The translations under genes and the position numbers were made by a program. Positions 56,341 to 64,000 of a stretch of 64,000 nucleotides of DNA are shown one piece after another. Within the stretch, counting starts at the first letter, position 1, and every line of letters begins with the position of its first letter. Source of the DNA: Bacteriovoracia bacterium (GTDB lineage: Bacteria > Bdellovibrionota > UBA1018 > JBFWNL01); contig JBFWNL010000004.1 in the NCBI GenBank assembly GCA_050251055.1, positions 192,001 through 256,000 of the forward strand, written 5' to 3'. The notes beneath the pieces are model-generated. The model did not search any database, was not told the DNA's origin, and worked only from the letters and a program-made list of their open reading frames with translations.

Positions 56341-56490
56341 TGTGTAGGAAGTGTGTAGTTAAGCTGTAGGTAGCCTGTAGAGCTGCCTACAGACTTTCTA
56401 CAGATTCATTTTTTTAACATATTGAAATCAGGTCAGATTTTTAGATGGATTTTTTATAAAATCAGACCCGGTCACGGGTTTTGAGATTTT
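56341..56490. repeat. oriT candidate: TGTAG/CTACA pentamers phased every 11 bp, plus hairpins
   Basis: TGTAG at 56343, 56354, 56365, 56376; CTACA at 56387, 56398; hairpin ACCCG-GTCA-CGGGT near 56465-56479; non-coding gap after the relaxase. Confidence 0.65.
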
Positions 56491-56512
56491 TTCAATTTTT
56501 TAGGAGGTATTC

Positions 56513-56896
56513 ATGAAAATACGAAAAGTCGTAGCGGGTGTTTTGGTCGGAACAAATCTTTGTGGCTGTGCCACGATGAGTAAATCATTGCTCGTTGGAG
56601 CAGGTACTGGGGCTGCTGTGGGAACGGCTGCGGGTGTAGGATTTTCTTCGCATGACCGAAGCGGTGGCGCTTGGAAAGGAGCACTGATAGGTGGAGCGGT
56701 CGGTCTTGTCAGTTCTTATTTTATTCATAATGGAATGGAAGAGCGCGATGCCGATGTCCGACGTGAAACCCTATTAAACCTAGAGCGCTTTGGAGTTGAA
56801 GGAATTCCTTCTTCGTCTCAGATGTATCCTGAGTTTTATGGGTTCAGCGGAACCGATACATCGCCAACGACCAATAAGAAAAAGGTTCGTCAGTGA
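56513..56896 (+). CDS. glycine-zipper lipoprotein
   Basis: Lipobox LCGC, GAGTGAAVG...GALIGGAVG; AGGAGG RBS. Confidence 0.75.
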   Translation: MKIRKVVAGVLVGTNLCGCATMSKSLLVGAGTGAAVGTAAGVGFSSHDRSGGAWKGALIGGAVGLVSSYFIHNGMEERDADVRRETLLNLERFGVEGIPSSSQMYPEFYGFSGTDTSPTTNKKKVRQ

Positions 56897-57294
56897 GGGG
56901 AACTTTTAAGGGTCGGCTCAATCTTTCGACAAAAGCGTCTGAAGCATTGACCTTCATGGTGCAACAATTGAAAGAAGAGAATCCTCATGTTCAGATTAAT
57001 CCCTCGAAACTCTGTTCGTGGATTATGGAGAATTACGTCCGCGATCATTTTTTAAAAGAAAGCTCTAGGATCGCGCAGGAGCACTTCAATCCAAAGCGCT
57101 ACCTACTCGATCAACTTAAGGAGGCTCAAACGGGTGAGGACATTAAAAGTCTGTTTCAGATAGCCCTTAATAAGATGGATAGCGGTCCGTTAAGTCCTGG
57201 GACTAGGAAAAAGGCAATTAAACCCAAAGTAATAACTAAGAAAGAAGAGCCCACATCTCCAAACCCCCTGCCGAGCTCGAATCAACCCTCTTGA
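56893..57294 (+). CDS. hypothetical protein (possible relaxosome accessory DNA-binding protein)
   Basis: GTGA overlap with the upstream gene; N-terminal strand-helix-helix-like pattern. Confidence 0.55.
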   Translation: MRGTFKGRLNLSTKASEALTFMVQQLKEENPHVQINPSKLCSWIMENYVRDHFLKESSRIAQEHFNPKRYLLDQLKEAQTGEDIKSLFQIALNKMDSGPLSPGTRKKAIKPKVITKKEEPTSPNPLPSSNQPS

Positions 57295-57342
57295 CATTGT
57301 ATCTAAATGGATATATCTATAATGGATAATTATAGTGGAGTT

Positions 57343-57585
57343 ATGGCCAAGCGAATTGATTTAGAAAATATCGAAGATATTAAAGAGCTTTTGAGGAAAG
57401 AGATCGTGGTTTTTATGAAAGCACACAGTATGAGTCAGTATGGGGTCAGCAAGGACTTGGGTTTGCCTGCGGCCTATATTAATCAAGTCTTGGGCGGCAA
57501 ACAAAAGGCCGTCAGCTTTGCCAAGCTCTGCGAGATCGCGAATAAGATTGGGATGAAGCTCACCCTCATCATTGGAAAGAAATAG
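57343..57585 (+). CDS. XRE-family HTH regulator
   Basis: MSQYGVSKDLGLPAAYINQVLGGK...SFAKLCEIANKIG; GGAG RBS; TTGACA at 57291 upstream. Confidence 0.8.
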   Translation: MAKRIDLENIEDIKELLRKEIVVFMKAHSMSQYGVSKDLGLPAAYINQVLGGKQKAVSFAKLCEIANKIGMKLTLIIGKK

Positions 57586-57634
57586 GAGATCCTTTTGAGA
57601 TTTTTAATGGAGCTATTCAATCGAAAAAATTCAA

Positions 57635-57850
57635 GTGGGAACGGTCCGAGTTGGACAACGAGAGATTCCCGTCTATGTAGGCGTTTTCAAATTATCGGAG
57701 AAGGAAAATGACGAACGACTTACGAGACTCGCAAAAAAAATCATCCGCCTCATGGAGGAACCAAGAGGTGGGACGCGACGGTCTGGAGCAACGGGTGAAG
57801 AGGGAGGGTTCAACTTCGAAGAAGAACTCAACCTCTCAGGCAAAATATAA
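57635..57850 (+). CDS. small protein overlapping the integrase 5' end (possible directionality factor)
   Basis: ORF position only; overlaps the integrase N-terminal extension in another frame. Confidence 0.4.
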   Translation: MGTVRVGQREIPVYVGVFKLSEKENDERLTRLAKKIIRLMEEPRGGTRRSGATGEEGGFNFEEELNLSGKI

Positions 57851-59546
57851 ATTAGCGGCCTATGTCCGCCTGTCGCCATCGAGTGAAGTTCGGGAAGAAG
57901 GATCTTTGGTATCTCACCCCCAGCGTATCGAGCAGTATGTCGAGATGCGCAATACTCAAATGGGTGGGAACTGGGGTGAGATCGTCGAATGGTATGTAGA
58001 TAAAGAACTTTCGGGTGGAACTCTGAATCGGCCATCCTTCCAACGGATGTGCCGAGATCTAAAGGAAGGAAAAATCAATGCAGTCATTTGCACAGAGATT
58101 TCGCGCCTCAGTAGAAGTGTAAAAGATTTCAGTAATTTTTGGGCTTTTGTCGAATCGTGCAATGGCACGTTCTTTAGCTTAAGAGAAAATTTTGACACGA
58201 CGACTCCAGCGGGAAGAGCGATGGTCTATACCTGCATGAGTTTCGCTCAGTTTGAGCGTGAAAATACAGTGGAGCGTATTCGACTTGGAGCTAAAGCCCG
58301 AGCTGAGCGGGGGTTGTCGAATGGCAATCAAAGAATCATTGGTTATGACCCTGATCCCATCAAGCGCTGCCACCTCGTCGTGAATGAACCTGAGAGACCA
58401 ATAGCCCAACTCATCTTTTCCAAATTTCTTGAACTTGGAAATCTGAGAAAATTAGGCACTTATCTCAATGCTGAAGGCTATAAAACCAAGGAGTACATAA
58501 CAAAGGACGGAAAGAAGCGAGGAGGGCATCGTTGGACGCTTTCAAGTCTGTTCCGAGCATTGACGAATCGTGTGTATATCGGTCAGAGGGAATTCAATAA
58601 GGAAAATCGCGGTAAAGATCAGACAAAGTTAAAAGAAATGGACCGCTATTTCTTCGTCAAAGCTCAGTGGCCCGCCATCATTGAGGAATCTCTTTTCAAC
58701 GCTGTGCAGGATCGTCTTGAGATCAACAGAAAACGTCGTCATCTCCATACGCATACGTTTCGGTTGACGGGTTTGTTGAGTTGCGGGCATTGCGGTGAGG
58801 CTTTGGTTGGAAAGTCGGGCACCAGTCATAACTCTTCGAAATATTATTACTATGGGCACAAAAGAAAAATGCTCATCGAAGGTAATCGACACCTTGAGCG
58901 ATGTGTCCAAGAAAGCATTCCAGCTTTAGGATTGGAAGAAGTGGTTATTTCGCAGCTTCGAACATTGGCGCATGACAAATCTTTTTTAAAGAAGATCATT
59001 GAAAACTCTTCCATCACTCGAAAGCAAGCATCGGGAGATTTAAAATCTCTTTTTGCATCGCGAGAGAATTATAGAAGAGAAGTTCACTCAAAAATTCATG
59101 CGCTTACGGAAGCACTCGCGGAAGCCGCGCAATCGGGAGCAAGGAAAATCGTTCTTGATAAAATCGAGGAATTGAAGGTGCTCGAAGAAAAAGTGGGATT
59201 GGAAGTCGAAGATCTGAAAAATGAGCTTTCTACACAGAAAGCGGAGATCATCGATATTGGCGAGGCTGTGAGATTTTTATCCACTTTTAAGGAGAGGTTT
59301 GAAACCTATTCGGTCCATAAACAGGCCGAAATTTTACAGGAATTCATCTCAAAAATTACCGTCTTTTCGGATCGCGTAGATATGGAAGTCTACGGGTCCG
59401 AAAGACGGATCTACTTTGCTGATATTGAATCGGAGAAAATTAGGAATGCCCTTGGACGAACCTGCCCGCCAGTTCGTCCGTTGTTTCAAGTGGCGGAGAG
59501 AGAGAGATTCGAACTCTCGAGACTCTTTTGGAGTCTGCTCCCTTAG
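57708..59546 (+). CDS. large serine recombinase (integrase)
   Basis: AYVRLS catalytic Ser, RPSFQRM, SRLSRS, AQFERE...R, recombinase domain, LTGLLSCGHCG zinc ribbon, coiled coil. Confidence 0.95.
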   Translation: MTNDLRDSQKKSSASWRNQEVGRDGLEQRVKREGSTSKKNSTSQAKYKLAAYVRLSPSSEVREEGSLVSHPQRIEQYVEMRNTQMGGNWGEIVEWYVDKELSGGTLNRPSFQRMCRDLKEGKINAVICTEISRLSRSVKDFSNFWAFVESCNGTFFSLRENFDTTTPAGRAMVYTCMSFAQFERENTVERIRLGAKARAERGLSNGNQRIIGYDPDPIKRCHLVVNEPERPIAQLIFSKFLELGNLRKLGTYLNAEGYKTKEYITKDGKKRGGHRWTLSSLFRALTNRVYIGQREFNKENRGKDQTKLKEMDRYFFVKAQWPAIIEESLFNAVQDRLEINRKRRHLHTHTFRLTGLLSCGHCGEALVGKSGTSHNSSKYYYYGHKRKMLIEGNRHLERCVQESIPALGLEEVVISQLRTLAHDKSFLKKIIENSSITRKQASGDLKSLFASRENYRREVHSKIHALTEALAEAAQSGARKIVLDKIEELKVLEEKVGLEVEDLKNELSTQKAEIIDIGEAVRFLSTFKERFETYSVHKQAEILQEFISKITVFSDRVDMEVYGSERRIYFADIESEKIRNALGRTCPPVRPLFQVAERERFELSRLFWSLLP

Positions 59547-59581
59547 CAAGGGAGTGCCTTCGACCACTCGGCCATCTCTCC
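59491..59581 (-). tRNA. tRNA-Ser(GCT)
   Basis: GGAGAGATGGCCGAGTGGTCGAAGGC...CTCCC-TT-GCT-AA-GGGAG, long variable arm, GTTCGAATC, encoded CCA. Confidence 0.95.
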
Positions 59582-59651
59582 ACCAATAGGAAGACTTATC
59601 TATAACAGCCCGGATGGGCCTCAGCAATCAAGGATTAACGGACTAAATGGC

Positions 59652-60740
59652 TCACTTAGTCAGGTCAGGTAGGCCATCTGGGTTGGTTTCCCCCGCGGGT
59701 GGGTTGATCCAAATCCAGTTCAGCGCGTCGCTCATTTCCTGGGGCCGGCTCACGCCGTTTAACCGCAGTTCCACGCGACGATTCTTCAAATGATCCTGCT
59801 CGGTATCGCCGCCGGCGACCGGCAGCTGGGAGCCAAAGCCTTTGGCCACCACGCGCTCGGAGGGCAGGCCCTGATTCACGAGGGTACGGCCTACGGCCGT
59901 GGCACGGTCAAAAGATAGCTTCACGTTGGTCTCGGCTTTGCCGCGCTTGTCGGTGTGGCCGCGCACTTCCACGCTTTGCCACGAACCGGGGTGGGTCTTC
60001 AGATACTCGGACAGGCGGTGCAACACACCCTCGGAACCTTTTTCGAGTTCGTCGCTCGCGGTTTTAAAGTGAAAGAAGCGGTCATCCAGGGTGACTTGTA
60101 CCCCTTGGTCATCCAAAATTTGAATATGCTCGGACTTCAGGCCGGCGCCGCGCTGGGCGTACTCGTCCGGTCCCTTGCGATCGATGAAGCCCAGGGAAAA
60201 ATCCACCTGCGCCCAGTAGATTTGGCGATTGGCGATCGTGAAATCCGTCATGAACTGGGTGCCCACGCGCATCGGATTCGCGGTTTCGGTCGCGAACTCT
60301 TTCTGCAGGCGTAAACCGCCAATCAAAGCCACGCTGTAGGTATTGACGGCGGACTGGGAAAAGCTGACGTCCGACCCCGCAAGCAGGGAAAACGTCGGGC
60401 CGAGATGCCATTCGTTTTCAAAACGATAGAGCGGACTCACCTGTACGTACCCAGCGGAAGTTTTCACATCGACCGAAGTTCCGGTTCCGCCCTTTAAGCG
60501 GTTGTACATCCAGCCCACGCTGCTATCGAGCACCCAGCGATGCAAGGGGACCGACAGCGTTAACTTCAGGTCCAGCTGGTATCCATTCTTGGATGGCTCG
60601 GTGGAAATCGATGACTGGCTCGAGACGTAACCCGCGCCCAAGCCCCCGTACACCGTGAACTTTCGTTCTTCGGCGTGGCTGCTCAACACGCAAATCAAGA
60701 TACCCAGTACGACCAAGAAAGATGCGAATCGGTTGCTCAT
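59652..60740 (-). CDS. OmpA family protein (beta-barrel + peptidoglycan-binding domain)
   Basis: VRGHTDKRG, NVKLSFDRA, KGFGSQLP, NRRVE. Confidence 0.9.
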   Translation of the reverse strand: MSNRFASFLVVLGILICVLSSHAEERKFTVYGGLGAGYVSSQSSISTEPSKNGYQLDLKLTLSVPLHRWVLDSSVGWMYNRLKGGTGTSVDVKTSAGYVQVSPLYRFENEWHLGPTFSLLAGSDVSFSQSAVNTYSVALIGGLRLQKEFATETANPMRVGTQFMTDFTIANRQIYWAQVDFSLGFIDRKGPDEYAQRGAGLKSEHIQILDDQGVQVTLDDRFFHFKTASDELEKGSEGVLHRLSEYLKTHPGSWQSVEVRGHTDKRGKAETNVKLSFDRATAVGRTLVNQGLPSERVVAKGFGSQLPVAGGDTEQDHLKNRRVELRLNGVSRPQEMSDALNWIWINPPAGETNPDGLPDLTK

Positions 60741-60760
60741 GATGTGATCCTTGCTGCTGA

Positions 60761-61918
60761 TTAACGGCTAAAGCAGTAGTGCTTGATCTTTTCGATGTAC
60801 TGGTCGACTCGACCGCTCGCCACGAGCTCATCGTATTCCAAGCCGTAAGTATCGTCGTCGATCTCGACGTTAGCGGTCAGCTCTTCCAGGAACCACTGCG
60901 GGCAGTGATAAGCCCAGCCACGACGGGGCCAGCGGTATCCGCCGGCGGCCCAGTGGGCGGCACCCTTCACACGGACGTTCTTGCCCCCGCTGACGGACGA
61001 GTACTTGCCGGCCACGAGGTTGTTGTGACCACCGGTGATCGTGTTGTATGAACCCGTAACCGTGTTATGGGCGCCGGAGGCAATGCCCCCGTATCCCAGG
61101 TAGTCGTTCCAGCTTCCGGTCACGACATAGTGGGAACCCGTGCGGTGACGGGCGGCGGTATCGGCTGCGTGGTCTTCGCGCATTTCGTTGTAGCCCACGA
61201 TGAGGTTACCTACGCCGTTTTCCGTCCAAGTCTTGCCCATGCCGTTACGCACGACCAGGTTAACTTTGTCGAAAACCACGGCGGGTTTTCCTTCGATCGT
61301 ATCGACCGTCTGGAATTGCGTGCGCTTTTCGAGATCGCCGATGCGGGCGTCAAACTTCTCTAAGCTCCAGTTGAGGAAATATTTTTCGTGCTTTTCCACG
61401 AGGTGGGTGAGCTTCTCCAGCCAGTGATCATGCTTGGCGATCAGGTTTTTATGCTGCTCTAAGATACCGTCGTGCTGGGCGGACTTTTCCGCCAAATAGG
61501 CTATCTTCGCGTCCTGATGCTGAACGGTGGCGGCCAGACCATCAAGGTTACCCCGGAGTTCGGCGATCAACGCCTTGAACTCCTCGTCGCGGGCATTGAG
61601 GCGATCGAGCATTTCTTTATGCTGCGTGAGGATGGCGCCGTATTCGTCGGCCACCTTCACGAGTTTCTCAATGCGCGTATTCTGGTTAGTGATCGTCGTT
61701 TCGAGCACGGTCAAACGATCCAGGACCGATTGGGGAATCTCTGTGGGCGATTGCGCCTGGAATTGCGTGCCGCCGTCCTCGTCGGTGAATTCCACCGCCT
61801 TGCTACAACCCGTGATGATGATGAAAATAGATGCTAATGCCGAAAGCTTGTTGCCCATGCCATACTCCTCTTGCCGAATCTCTTCTCTTGTCGACAATAA
61901 GAGCAGGGTCCGTGCCAA
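60761..61918 (-). CDS. coiled-coil lipoprotein with Gly/Asn-rich repeat C-domain (start probably at MGNKL, ~61858)
   Basis: Lipobox ITGC, long heptad region, GNLIVGYNE..RTGSH and GxxN repeats. Confidence 0.7.
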   Translation of the reverse strand: MARTLLLLSTREEIRQEEYGMGNKLSALASIFIIITGCSKAVEFTDEDGGTQFQAQSPTEIPQSVLDRLTVLETTITNQNTRIEKLVKVADEYGAILTQHKEMLDRLNARDEEFKALIAELRGNLDGLAATVQHQDAKIAYLAEKSAQHDGILEQHKNLIAKHDHWLEKLTHLVEKHEKYFLNWSLEKFDARIGDLEKRTQFQTVDTIEGKPAVVFDKVNLVVRNGMGKTWTENGVGNLIVGYNEMREDHAADTAARHRTGSHYVVTGSWNDYLGYGGIASGAHNTVTGSYNTITGGHNNLVAGKYSSVSGGKNVRVKGAAHWAAGGYRWPRRGWAYHCPQWFLEELTANVEIDDDTYGLEYDELVASGRVDQYIEKIKHYCFSR

Positions 61919-62014
61919 GGCGGAAAACGGGCGAGTTCCGGATAAAAGCCGGAATTACCGGGATTTAAGCCGTCGGAAGTGTCTAAACTTTAGACGGGTA
62001 TCTAAAGTATTTGG

Positions 62015-62716
62015 TCAGTACCAATAGCCGAATTCATCCGAATCGAACCCCGGCGGGTTGCGCGGCGGGATCCACATCTGCGCCCACATGAACTCCATGT
62101 GTTTCTCGAGCGACCGGTACATGAGCGGTTCGATGTGGTAGGCATCCATATAACTTGTCCGGAGCTGCTCGAGCGACGCCGGCTTGGAAAAGTCCCCATG
62201 ATCAGTGTCGGCGGCATAGTGGGAGAGCTCATGAAAGATCGTCGATGCCTGTGAAGTAGGGGAGTTATTAAAGAAGAGCGGGCAGACGTAGATGCGAGGC
62301 AGCCGATGACCCGCGATGTAATACACGTAAGCCATCGTATCGCCATCGGAGCATTGCCGATCGGAATTGGTCACGCATCTCAACTCGTAACCCGCTTCCG
62401 CGTCGCGATTCATCGCCGAGAGCACGCGCTGCATGCCCGCCAGGTAATCGGTGTAGGCGCGTTCCGTACGAGATGGATCGCCGGCAAACCAACGCGGCAC
62501 CCGGCCCTTGGCCTCGATGTAATTTTTCTGCACGTACTCCATCGAGTATTTCGAGATATCCGCCGCGGGCGGTACCAGCGTGCGCGACTTCTCCAAAACG
62601 GTTTTGGCCGCTACGCGCAGCTGCCCCGCTTGCGTGGTCGAGCACTGGACGATCCGAGTCTCCCCAGCCGCCGCCGAAACCGTGAAAAATAAAAATAAGA
62701 AAGTGAATCCCCGCAT
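62015..62716 (-). CDS. M35 (deuterolysin/lysine-specific) metalloendopeptidase family
   Basis: Signal peptide, IYVCPLFF, TIFHELSH, TD. Confidence 0.75.
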   Translation of the reverse strand: MRGFTFLFLFFTVSAAAGETRIVQCSTTQAGQLRVAAKTVLEKSRTLVPPAADISKYSMEYVQKNYIEAKGRVPRWFAGDPSRTERAYTDYLAGMQRVLSAMNRDAEAGYELRCVTNSDRQCSDGDTMAYVYYIAGHRLPRIYVCPLFFNNSPTSQASTIFHELSHYAADTDHGDFSKPASLEQLRTSYMDAYHIEPLMYRSLEKHMEFMWAQMWIPPRNPPGFDSDEFGYWY

Positions 62717-62852
62717 AATCCCCCCGGAAAGCGTCGTTCAAACCCAGGAGCGGTATAGACGATTCTTGGCTAAATGCAAAATTTTATTATGCTTCGCTTC
62801 ACACCCAGAAAGTCTTGAAACTACTCTGAATTATTTGTTGACTGTTTTTATT

Positions 62853-63692
62853 CTACTTCCCCATAAAGCAAGCCAGAACGGCCTTTTGGAGCTCCGTATA
62901 GTAGGGCTGCTCAAAATAATGGAGGCAAATCGGGTTTTCCACCCTCAGCTTCGGGTTCAGTACCCGCAACCCCCGTTCACCTTCCACCAGGTGGGCGGGC
63001 ACAACCGCCCGCCCCAACCCCAAACGAACCCCGTCGATCAGTCCGTAAACGTCGTCGACATAACGGCGACGATACCCGCGATAGCGTTCCGACTGCCGTG
63101 TCGTCCGAAGAAAATCGCTCGTGGCGCGGTCTTCCACGTCGTGGTCGAGGATAATATTCGCGCCCGCGTAACCGCGCTTTTCGATGAGCACGCTTTGCTC
63201 ATGACCTACGCGTTCCGATCTCACGCCCTCCCGCTGCCAGACGTAATCAAGCACCAGGTAATCAACGGCCCCATTGAGGAGGAGCGTCGGAAGCTCGCGT
63301 AACTCGCGCGTTTGAATTTCCAGCTGCAGCTCGGGGTGCTTTGCCACGAGTTCGCTGATCGCCGGTAAGATCCGAGAACGCATGACGGAAGAGTAACCGC
63401 CAATACGGATCACCCCCGTGAGCGCGGCGACATCTTTTCCTCCGCCGCGATACTCATCCTCCAATGCCTGTTTCTGCCGGCAATAGACCAGGAGCCGCTG
63501 TCCGGCTTCCGTGAGCTGCGCCCCCGTGCGATCACGCACGAAAAGGGAGGTTTCCAACTCTTCTTCCAGATTTTTGACCCGTTGGGAAAGGGCCGACTGG
63601 GTCAGACCGAGCTGCTTGGCGGTCCGCGTGAAGTTTCCTTCGCGCGCCAGCGCGTAAAAAGCATCTAAACCGAGGGAATTCAGGCTACTCAT
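62853..63692 (-). CDS. LysR family transcriptional regulator
   Basis: GNFTRTAKQLGLTQSALSQRVKNLEEEL...LTEAG. Confidence 0.93.
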   Translation of the reverse strand: MSSLNSLGLDAFYALAREGNFTRTAKQLGLTQSALSQRVKNLEEELETSLFVRDRTGAQLTEAGQRLLVYCRQKQALEDEYRGGGKDVAALTGVIRIGGYSSVMRSRILPAISELVAKHPELQLEIQTRELRELPTLLLNGAVDYLVLDYVWQREGVRSERVGHEQSVLIEKRGYAGANIILDHDVEDRATSDFLRTTRQSERYRGYRRRYVDDVYGLIDGVRLGLGRAVVPAHLVEGERGLRVLNPKLRVENPICLHYFEQPYYTELQKAVLACFMGK

Positions 63693-63788
63693 TTGTCATT
63701 AGTTAAATCGATTATTGCATTAAAACAATCTGTTTTTCTAATTCATTAATCCGCCGTACTAACGACCGGAGAAAGAGGAGAAAGACTT

Positions 63789-64000
63789 ATGAAAGTAGCG
63801 ATTTTGACGGTTTTAGCGATGTTGGGAACGGTGACTTCGGCGCAAGCCGCCGTGGTGAACTGCGTGGAGACGGAAAACAAGTACATCCCGACGCAGATCA
63901 AGTTCAACTTGTTCTCCGACGAGGAGCCAGAAGTTCACGTCTTTACGCGGACAGATCCAGACGGGCTGGTGCTTCACTATACCCAGATCAACAAGGTCGT
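63789..64000 (+). CDS. exported hypothetical protein (partial, runs off window)
   Basis: GAGGAG RBS, MKVAILTVLAMLGTVTSAQA signal peptide; divergent from lysR. Confidence 0.6.
   Translation, partial: MKVAILTVLAMLGTVTSAQAAVVNCVETENKYIPTQIKFNLFSDEEPEVHVFTRTDPDGLVLHYTQINKV

Larger units (their letters stand above)
1..59581. mobile_element. ICE-like genomic island integrated at the 3' end of tRNA-Ser(GCT); left end lies outside the window
   Basis: Large serine recombinase abutting the tRNA 3' end; T4SS-like operon with FtsK coupling protein and relaxase; abrupt visible shift to GC-richer sequence after ~59,600; accessory cargo. No second copy of the tRNA 3' end was seen in the window. Confidence 0.88.

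Noticed and set aside
56341-56402. CRISPR array or microsatellite
   Set aside because: 5-bp units with 6-bp spacers and a switch of orientation; no cas genes; better explained as protein-binding sites
62015-62716. Linking the host HExxH peptidase (M35) to maturation of the ICE peptide
   Set aside because: Lies outside the island in GC-rich host DNA and belongs to a different family; nothing supports a link
59955-63403. Numerous overlapping antisense ORFs in the GC-rich flank, and similar shadow ORFs throughout the window
   Set aside because: They overlap well-supported genes on the other strand or frame and show no recognisable motifs or RBS

Overview
Almost the whole window (1 to ~59,500) is one AT-richer integrative conjugative element (ICE)-like island. 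It abuts the 3' end of a tRNA-Ser(GCT) gene (59491-59581, minus), after which visibly GC-richer host genes resume (OmpA family, coiled-coil lipoprotein, M35 peptidase, LysR). The left att site lies outside the window. The host is a diderm; a Bdellovibrionota/Oligoflexia-like organism is only a guess from gene style. Backbone (45-59.5 kb): two sigma-70 region-4 regulators, VirB2/3/4/5/6/8/9/10-like genes, an FtsK/SpoIIIE coupling protein, a Replic_Relax (MOBL-like) relaxase, an oriT-like 11-bp-phased repeat and a large serine recombinase whose ORF runs into the tRNA. Cargo (0.8-37 kb) is a metal/metalloid stress arsenal: a Fur-boxed DUF6607-phnDCE operon, a SigF/NrsF-controlled bufferin (MNIO RiPP) operon, an ArsM/ArsS arsenosugar cluster whose promoters share an 18-bp palindrome (probable MarR operator), a MerR module, an ECF-controlled CusCBA pump, a lone cyclodipeptide synthase and a Csp3-like protein. 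The most striking find is a 7-gene operon (37.3-44.9 kb) divergent from the transfer genes: sigma-54 response regulator, stand-alone DHp-like protein, orphan peptide-binding SBP, an unannotated 25-aa peptide (MKNRKRSFNLAILRNKLIGEARASY), an aKG-HExxH modifying enzyme, an MFS exporter and a hybrid histidine kinase. A sigma-54 promoter with an upstream palindrome points into the tra region. Together this looks like a modified-peptide pheromone/quorum-sensing switch for conjugation in a Gram-negative ICE (inference). All family calls come from motif recognition by eye; no searches were run.
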